DNA from: Promethearchaeota archaeon
GTDB lineage: Archaea > Asgardarchaeota > Lokiarchaeia > Sigyniarchaeales > SOKP01
Assembly (NCBI GenBank): GCA_019058015.1
Contig: JAHLWH010000234.1
Span: forward strand, 1-32,646
DNA: 32,646 nucleotides
Reading direction: 5' to 3'
Shown here one piece after another: positions 28,001 through 32,646 of the stretch. The first letter of the stretch is position 1. Each line of letters begins with the position of its first letter. Both the position numbers and the translations under genes were made by a program. The notes under the pieces were generated by a model, which saw only the letters and a list, made by a program, of their open reading frames with translations, searched no databases and was not told the DNA's origin.

Positions 28001-28102
28001 ACCATTTAGAGATTTTAATTTATTTTCGATTTTAAGCGCGCAATTAGCGCATGTCATTCCCCCAAGTTTAATAATAATTTTTTCTTTCGATTCAGGTTCC
28101 AT
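25088..28102 (-). CDS. copA: Cu(I)-translocating P1B-type ATPase with N-terminal HMA, two C-terminal YHS domains and a Cys/His-rich tail
   Basis: [45 protein letters not shown]; DP[IV]CGM...[FY]FC...C x2; tail CPECG...HCG...CWMGASCG...HHG. Confidence 0.95.
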   Translation of the reverse strand: MEPESKEKIIIKLGGMTCANCALKIENKLKSLNGVEKSVVNFTNEEANIEYSPNKVDFFKFRQAIINLGYRANLSRIDVVITDDISEKNFDNLIENAKNIKGIYEIRGNYQAKKVFLEFNEFEINESKLISAIRNFGYKIEKSAGVIDKEFEVQQKEQKKRLNRFIISAILSLIITPISWFVESSFTIKLILFFLASANFAIGGSFFLIGAYKSLKNKSTNMDVLVSLGTGTAYIYSILTTFFIPGKTFFEAMSMILTFLLLGKYLEHKAKGQASEAIKKLIGLQAKTAIILKDGKELEIPIEEIEVGDILIVKPGMKIPVDGKIIEGKTKIDESMITGESVYAKKTVGDEVIGATVNQTGLIKMTTEKVGKDTLLFQIIDFVKEAQSKKAAKQQLADKVSNYFVPIVIMVALGAFLYWFFIGGLGLETSLLVFTSVVVIACPCALGLAIPTAVMVGTGKGAEVGILVKGGDSLEAINNVNNIVFDKTGTLTIGKPKVSVIVAEKELKKVGFTEKEILHFAGSAELGSEHTIAKAIIEEANQKMIDLNEPKEFNAVPGKGIETTIDNLKVLIGNEKLILDNKIGLGLFENKFKELQNSGITTILLSVDSKIRGIIGISDKIKDQALYALNELRDMGIQLYMLTGDNRQTALSIGKELDFDENHIYAEVLPNDKAETVKSTQELNESNIVAMVGDGINDAPALAQADVGIAIGSGTDVAIETADIVLMRGDLRNVVSAIRLSKKTYRKMLTNLFWAFIYNIIGIPMAAGVLYALTGFFLPPYMAAVFMASSSVSVVTNALFLKRFDPRTEQQIQEEKLLIEKKAIDPICGMEVIPSQSIEYEYKGEKFFFCSSSCETEFKTNPEKYADYKHMDPKLMYKKPESKELVTDPVCGMKIKPSESIKYEYKGKKYYFCNESCEIEFKNNPEKYIKKEEGKIIKEKIKKKDSEITMGKLKCPECGEEMELPMHCGKPMHKEGDQLVCWMGASCGAQPIPEHHGVKMEVIE

Positions 28103-28361
28103 AATAATGCTTCCAAAAATGCCTTAAAAGTTGTAAAATTGTTTTCAAATAAAGATTATATCTCTATCTTATATTAAAGATTGTTTAGTTAAATATAAAA
28201 AAATTTTCATTATAAATTATTAAATTTAAAAGAAAATTCTTAACAAATATAGATATTTCGTTAAATTTTTCTGCTAATAATTATAGATTCAAAATACTTT
28301 TATAAAATAATTATAAAAAGTACATAATACTTTTTTATAGTTATTTGAATAATTTCTATCT

Positions 28362-28655
28362 ATGACAGAATCAAAAATTCCAATTATTATTACTAAAGAA
28401 GGATGCCACCGGTGTGAAGAATTAGAGGCTTGGCTAAAAATGAATAGTGTTAATTATATTCACCAAGACATTGAAGATAAAGAATTTATTCAACAATTAT
28501 TACATGATCCAAATTTTGTAGGCACTTTTTGTGATGCTGATGGCTGTATTGTAAATACTCCTGCTGTCATACACAAAGGTAAATATTGGTTTAAGGAACT
28601 ATGGGGCATTTCCGGATTACGAGAAAGAGAAGTTAAAAAACTCTTTCTAGATTAG
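28362..28655 (+). CDS. Glutaredoxin/NrdH-like thiol protein
   Basis: TKEGCHRCEEL, cis-Pro motif NTPAV, extra FCDADGC. Confidence 0.7.
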   Translation: MTESKIPIIITKEGCHRCEELEAWLKMNSVNYIHQDIEDKEFIQQLLHDPNFVGTFCDADGCIVNTPAVIHKGKYWFKELWGISGLREREVKKLFLD

Positions 28656-28678
28656 GATTTATCGGATTTTTATAATTT

Positions 28679-29284
28679 TTAATTTTTTTCTTTTAATTTT
28701 GCCATTTTATTAACTACTTTTTTGATAGCTCTTAGACCTTCCTTGTCTTTCTCAACACCTTTTTTTCCTAGATCTTCTGACCATAAACAAGCACCTAAAT
28801 TTGCTCCAAAAGCACCACCAGAAACCGTTATTATGCCATTTTGTATATAAAAGTCCAAAATTGTTCTAATGGCAGGTTCTTGACCTCCGTTCCTATCTCC
28901 CCCAACAGCTAACACTATTCCATTCTTATTCCAGAAAATTTAAGGTTTTTTGGCTACTAATGCTCTACAACGGTCCATAACTGCTTTTAATTGTGCGGAT
29001 AGATTCCCTTGAAATACTGGAGTTCCAAATAAAAAATATTTTGCGTTTTCTAACTTGGGATAAAGCTCCTGTAAATCGTCTTTTTGTACACAACCCTTTT
29101 TCTCCCTAATACAATAATCGCAATGGGTACAAAAGCCAATTTTCTTATCTCTGACAGTCCAAAATTCTGTTTCGAATCCAAATTTCTCAGTGGCATAATT
29201 TAAGGCATATTTTACGGAGAATTCTGTAGCTTGATTTCTTGGACTACCGCATATTCCTAATAACAAGTTTTTATTTTCAATCAT
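28679..29284 (-). pseudogene. Iron-sulfur flavoprotein (Isf/NADPH-dependent FMN reductase family) interrupted by an in-frame TAA
   Basis: GICGSPR, CTHCDYC-x6-C, GTPVF, LKAVMDR, then LVAKKP*IFWNKNGIVLAVGGDRNGGQE. Both tracked ORFs are in the same frame; the stop is at 28940-28942. Confidence 0.85.
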
Positions 29285-29379
29285 AATTTATAATTTGTAT
29301 TTTTTCTTTTATTTATTTTTACAACATTCTTTTTCGGTGGATTTTAGAAAAATTATTAATATCCAGGATTTAATATTAA

Positions 29380-30036
29380 ATGATGGATAAAAATAAACCG
29401 AGTTTAGCAAGGATTAGGATAAAATTTCCAGAACAATTATGGATCTCCGATATTTCTAAAAAATATCCCGATGTAAAAATTGATATATTAAATTTTCTAC
29501 CTTATGACTTTGAAAAATCCGTTGGAAACGCGATAATTGAAATTATTCACTATAAACTTGAACAAATTATAGAAGAAATAAAAAACCATCCATCAATTTT
29601 CGAATTTAGTATTTTAGAGAGAGAAGAAAATAGAGTTCAATTTAATGTCAAAACAAAAGATCCCTACCTACTGTACGGTGTAATTAAATGTGGGGTGCTT
29701 ATTAATTTTCCAGTTAGAGTACGAGAGGGATTTGGAGTCTGGAGGATAATATCGACAAGAAAACGAATAGACGATCTACTTACACTGTTTGAAGAGAAAG
29801 ATATTAATTTTTCATTACTGCGAATTGGAAATTCACCTTATAATCTTGATGATGATAAGAATAAATTAAGTTTCCGAGAATCAGAAATTCTCAATAAAGC
29901 AATTAATTTAGGATTTTTCGAAGTTCCGAGAAAAATATCCTTAGAAGAATTAGCAAAACAACTTGGAAAATCAAAATCCACACTTTCTGTTATGCTTAGA
30001 AAAATAATTAAAAAAAAGGTATTGTTTCAGGGTTAA
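29380..30036 (+). CDS. HTH_10 (bacterio-opsin-activator-like) transcription regulator
   Basis: C-terminal LSFRESEIL..AI.LGFFEVPRKISLEELAKQLGKSKSTLSVMLRK. Confidence 0.85.
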   Translation: MMDKNKPSLARIRIKFPEQLWISDISKKYPDVKIDILNFLPYDFEKSVGNAIIEIIHYKLEQIIEEIKNHPSIFEFSILEREENRVQFNVKTKDPYLLYGVIKCGVLINFPVRVREGFGVWRIISTRKRIDDLLTLFEEKDINFSLLRIGNSPYNLDDDKNKLSFRESEILNKAINLGFFEVPRKISLEELAKQLGKSKSTLSVMLRKIIKKKVLFQG

Positions 30037-30815
30037 ATTTTCCCCTGTCTTAAGATATTTCCATCACGCCCTATTATTGTTTCCTCTAGGGTTATCTTCC
30101 TATCAATTTTTGCAAATATCGGATCTAAGAACAATTTGATTTTCTGGCAGCAAGGAACATCCATCAAGATAAAATTAATCTTTTCAATAGGATTTAAATT
30201 CAAAATCTGTTCCAATTTTTCTAATTCCGTTTCGCTAAAGCTTAACATTGGACATACTGTAACTATTGGCTTACCTTTTAAGAGTTTTCTATGAAAATCC
30301 CCGAACGCGAAGGGGGCGCAGTCAGAAACAAAGAGTAATTCTTTATTGTTGAAAAATGGAGCACTTGGATTTACTAATGTTAGTTTTGTTGGCCATTGTC
30401 TCAAGGCAGAAGGAATTTCATTGCTGATGTCGGATTCTTCCCACTCTTTATGATATACTATCGTATTCGCTGATGGACATGAACACTGGTGTGAATGTGA
30501 GGGATTATTCTGCGTTTCAGAACGGGAACCTGATAATTCTTCCTTGTTGAGATTTTGTAAATATTCTTCCGTCACTTCCTCGTCAAATTCTAACGATTCT
30601 CGCTCCTCTATAGTCAGCGCTCCTTCAGGACATTCACCAATACATGCACCAAGTCCATCACAATATACTTCACTTACTAGTTTTGCTTTCCCATCAATTA
30701 TTTTAAGCGCACCTTCAGCACAAGCTATGACACACTGTCCGCAACCAGTACATAAATCTTCATCAATCTTAATTATTTTTCTAGTTACTTTTTGTTTATT
30801 TTTTATTTCCGTCAT
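30033..30815 (-). CDS. 2x[4Fe-4S] ferredoxin-domain protein with a conserved Cys-rich C-terminal domain
   Basis: CTGCGQCVIACAEGAL, CDGLGACIGECPEGAL, then CPS, LRQWP..L.LV, DC.PFA, CP, M.VPCC. Confidence 0.85.
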   Translation of the reverse strand: MTEIKNKQKVTRKIIKIDEDLCTGCGQCVIACAEGALKIIDGKAKLVSEVYCDGLGACIGECPEGALTIEERESLEFDEEVTEEYLQNLNKEELSGSRSETQNNPSHSHQCSCPSANTIVYHKEWEESDISNEIPSALRQWPTKLTLVNPSAPFFNNKELLFVSDCAPFAFGDFHRKLLKGKPIVTVCPMLSFSETELEKLEQILNLNPIEKINFILMDVPCCQKIKLFLDPIFAKIDRKITLEETIIGRDGNILRQGKI

Positions 30816-30857
30816 ACTAATAATTTATAGAAATATGAGTGTTTTATTTTTTATTGC

Positions 30858-30867
30858 GAACATGTTC
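30858..30867. promoter_or_regulatory. Perfect palindrome GAACATGTTC, candidate operator
   Basis: 10-bp perfect dyad in the AT-rich divergent spacer between the Fe-S protein and the rubredoxin reductase. Confidence 0.3.
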
Positions 30868-30962
30868 ATTCTCCTTTATTTTATTTAAATCAAAATATTA
30901 TAATTCAAAATCTTAATTTTATAATAATAACTCTAAAAAAGCAAAATATGAATATTTAAAAT

Positions 30963-32168
30963 ATGAAAGTAATTATTATCGGAAATGGAGTAGCAGGTAC
31001 TTTTTCTGCTCAAAATATTATAAACATTGATAAGAGTGTAGATATTAAAATAATAACTGAAGAGAAATATCCGTATTATTCCAGACCCAAATTACCTGAA
31101 TTTATCTCTGAACAAGTATCAATCAACGATATTATGGTTTTTAAAGAAGATTGGTATAGGAAGAAAAATATAAAATTAATTTTAGCAAGGAAAGTTTTAG
31201 GAATTCATCCAAGACAAAAGCACCTCCTTCTTGAAGATCAAAAAGAATTCATTCAATATGATAAGTTAATTATTGCAACTGGAAGCAAACCTAATATTCC
31301 TCCAATTAAAAACGCAGTTGAACTATTGAAAAAAGGAGTTTTTACTTTACGCAATATTGATGATGCCATAGAAATACAGAATTATATTAAAGTAAATAAT
31401 GCTAAGAAAGCGATCATAATTGGGGGGGGTTTATTGGGTTTAGAATTGGCAAAACAAATCAAAAATTGCAATCTTGACACAACGATAGTTGAATTTTTTC
31501 CAAGGCTTTTACCTCGGCAATTAGACGATGAATGCGCAGAGATGTTAAAAGCTGAAATTGAAAAAATGGGAATAAAAGTTATATTAAATGCTGCAACTGA
31601 GGAAATTTTAGGAGTTGATTCCGTTGAAGGAATAAAGATAAAGGACGGACCTGAAATTAAAGCCGATACTGTATTAATTCAAGCAGGAATAAGACCAAGA
31701 ACCGAGCTAGCAGAAAAAGCAAAAATTCAACAGAATCGAGGTATTATTGTCAATCAATTTTTACAAACAAGCGATAAAGACATTTTTGCTGTTGGTGATG
31801 TGATAGAATACAAATCTCAAACATGGGGGATAATTCCTGCCTGTATTGAGCAATCAAGAATTGTTGCAGCATCAGTTTTAAATAAAAAAGAGATTCAATA
31901 TAAAGGAACTACTCCAAAAACCACTCTAAAAATTGTTGGAATTGATTTAACATCTATAGGAATATTTGATCCTTCACAAGAAGAGGATATTGGATGGGAG
32001 ATTCTAAAAAAAGTTGATAAAGATAATTGCTGCTATCAAAAATTCGTTTTAAAGGATAATAAATTAAAAGGAGCAATTCTTTTTGGAGAAACAAAATCAA
32101 TTCCATTTGTAAATAAGAATATAAATTTAAATGTTAATAAAGAAGAGATTAATAAATTATTAGAATAA
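30963..32168 (+). CDS. FAD-dependent NAD(P)H oxidoreductase, probable NADH:rubredoxin oxidoreductase
   Basis: IIGNGVAG, YYSRPKL, ATGS, IIGGGLLGLE, FAVGDV, TTLKIVGIDLTSIG, GAILFGE; followed by rubredoxin. Confidence 0.85.
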   Translation: MKVIIIGNGVAGTFSAQNIINIDKSVDIKIITEEKYPYYSRPKLPEFISEQVSINDIMVFKEDWYRKKNIKLILARKVLGIHPRQKHLLLEDQKEFIQYDKLIIATGSKPNIPPIKNAVELLKKGVFTLRNIDDAIEIQNYIKVNNAKKAIIIGGGLLGLELAKQIKNCNLDTTIVEFFPRLLPRQLDDECAEMLKAEIEKMGIKVILNAATEEILGVDSVEGIKIKDGPEIKADTVLIQAGIRPRTELAEKAKIQQNRGIIVNQFLQTSDKDIFAVGDVIEYKSQTWGIIPACIEQSRIVAASVLNKKEIQYKGTTPKTTLKIVGIDLTSIGIFDPSQEEDIGWEILKKVDKDNCCYQKFVLKDNKLKGAILFGETKSIPFVNKNINLNVNKEEINKLLE

Positions 32169-32299
32169 AAACCAAAGTCCCTGTAAAAATAAAACAATAA
32201 ATATCTATTATTTTATTAATTTATAGTCTTAATATTTTTAATATTTAGAAATTTAAATTTCATAATAATATAATAGAAAATATACGAGGGGAAATAACT

Positions 32300-32434
32300 C
32301 TGGCAAAGTATGAATGTACGGCTTGTGGCTATATTTATGACGAAGAAGCAGAAGGGACAAAGTGGGAAGACCTCCCTGATGATTGGACATGCCCAGTATG
32401 CGGAGTAGGAAAAGATATGTTTGAAAAACTTTAA
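32300..32434 (+). CDS. Rubredoxin (44 aa, CTG start)
   Basis: (M)[51 protein letters not shown]-like motif upstream; no ATG/GTG/TTG after the in-frame TAG at 32246-32248. Not in the ORF track. Confidence 0.93.
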   Translation: MAKYECTACGYIYDEEAEGTKWEDLPDDWTCPVCGVGKDMFEKL

Positions 32435-32646
32435 GATTAAAATTATTCCAAATTTTTTTTATTTTCTAAATTTTTTATTATTTTTCCTTTTGGTAATCTC
32501 AGGTATTAATTGTATTATTTATATTTAAAAAAAATTAAATTTATAATAAGTTTCTGAGTCTAATTAAATATTATTCAAAGAAATTCAAAAAATCAATTAA
32601 ATAAGAAAAAAAGTTGATAAAAAAATGATTCAAACTGAATTAATGA

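Noticed and set aside
28295-28322. AT-only inverted repeat in the copA/glutaredoxin spacer
   Set aside because: Low complexity; could be back-to-back TATA boxes or chance
20601-29284. Stop-codon reassignment or Sec/Pyl recoding as the cause of in-frame stops in acr3 and the Fe-S flavoprotein
   Set aside because: The stops are TAA, TAG and TAA at positions expected to be Ser, Trp and probably Lys, so they are inconsistent with one reassignment. None is TGA at a Cys site, TAA/TAG terminate normal genes here, and acr3 shows other decay.
6217-30888. Opposite-strand or alternate-frame ORFs in the track (e.g. 6217, 9900, 10382-11147, 11663, 14090, 16310, 17076-17623, 18732, 19047, 21259, 21307, 24311, 25115, 25188, 25851, 26238, 27858, 30544)
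   Set aside because: They overlap well-supported genes and lack recognisable motifs; most have the Ser/Ile/Phe-rich composition of antisense shadows.
1-32646. CRISPR array, transposase/IS, prophage or rRNA
   Set aside because: No regularly spaced repeats, no transposase/integrase/capsid motifs, and no long GC-rich RNA region

Overview
AT-rich archaeal chromosomal segment that, from gene content, is most likely Asgard (Lokiarchaeia/Promethearchaeota-like). The indicators are a gelsolin-domain protein, a Rab-like small-GTPase remnant, a PAC2 proteasome chaperone, a multi-PAS histidine kinase, an HTH_10 regulator and a tRNA without encoded CCA. Content in order: aroK (partial), aroD and adk; a SagB-type nitroreductase; a two-component pair whose kinase is split at an A10 tract; two minimal Fe-S assembly systems (SufC/SufB = SMS, IscS/IscU = MIS); a co-oriented cysteine run (cysteine synthase, tRNA-Cys, CysRS, ThiW, IscS, IscU); a membrane protein of six His-bearing 2TM hairpins; a decayed acr3 beside an intact arsR; a metal block (CopA with an extended C-terminal metal-binding tail, Ftr1); and a redox block (glutaredoxin-like protein, interrupted Fe-S flavoprotein, ferredoxin-domain protein, rubredoxin reductase, CTG-initiated rubredoxin). 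The ORF track misses tRNA-Cys, the rubredoxin, the GTPase remnant, a 'CWMG' remnant resembling the CopA tail, and the ATA-initiated N-terminus of the response regulator. The best candidates for undescribed biology are the hexa-2TM/12-His membrane protein, the CxxCxxxC-tailed cysteine synthase in the Cys/Fe-S cluster, the CopA C-terminal module and the gelsolin + tandem-repeat protein. No CRISPR array or transposase was seen. All family assignments are by motif recognition; no database searches were run.
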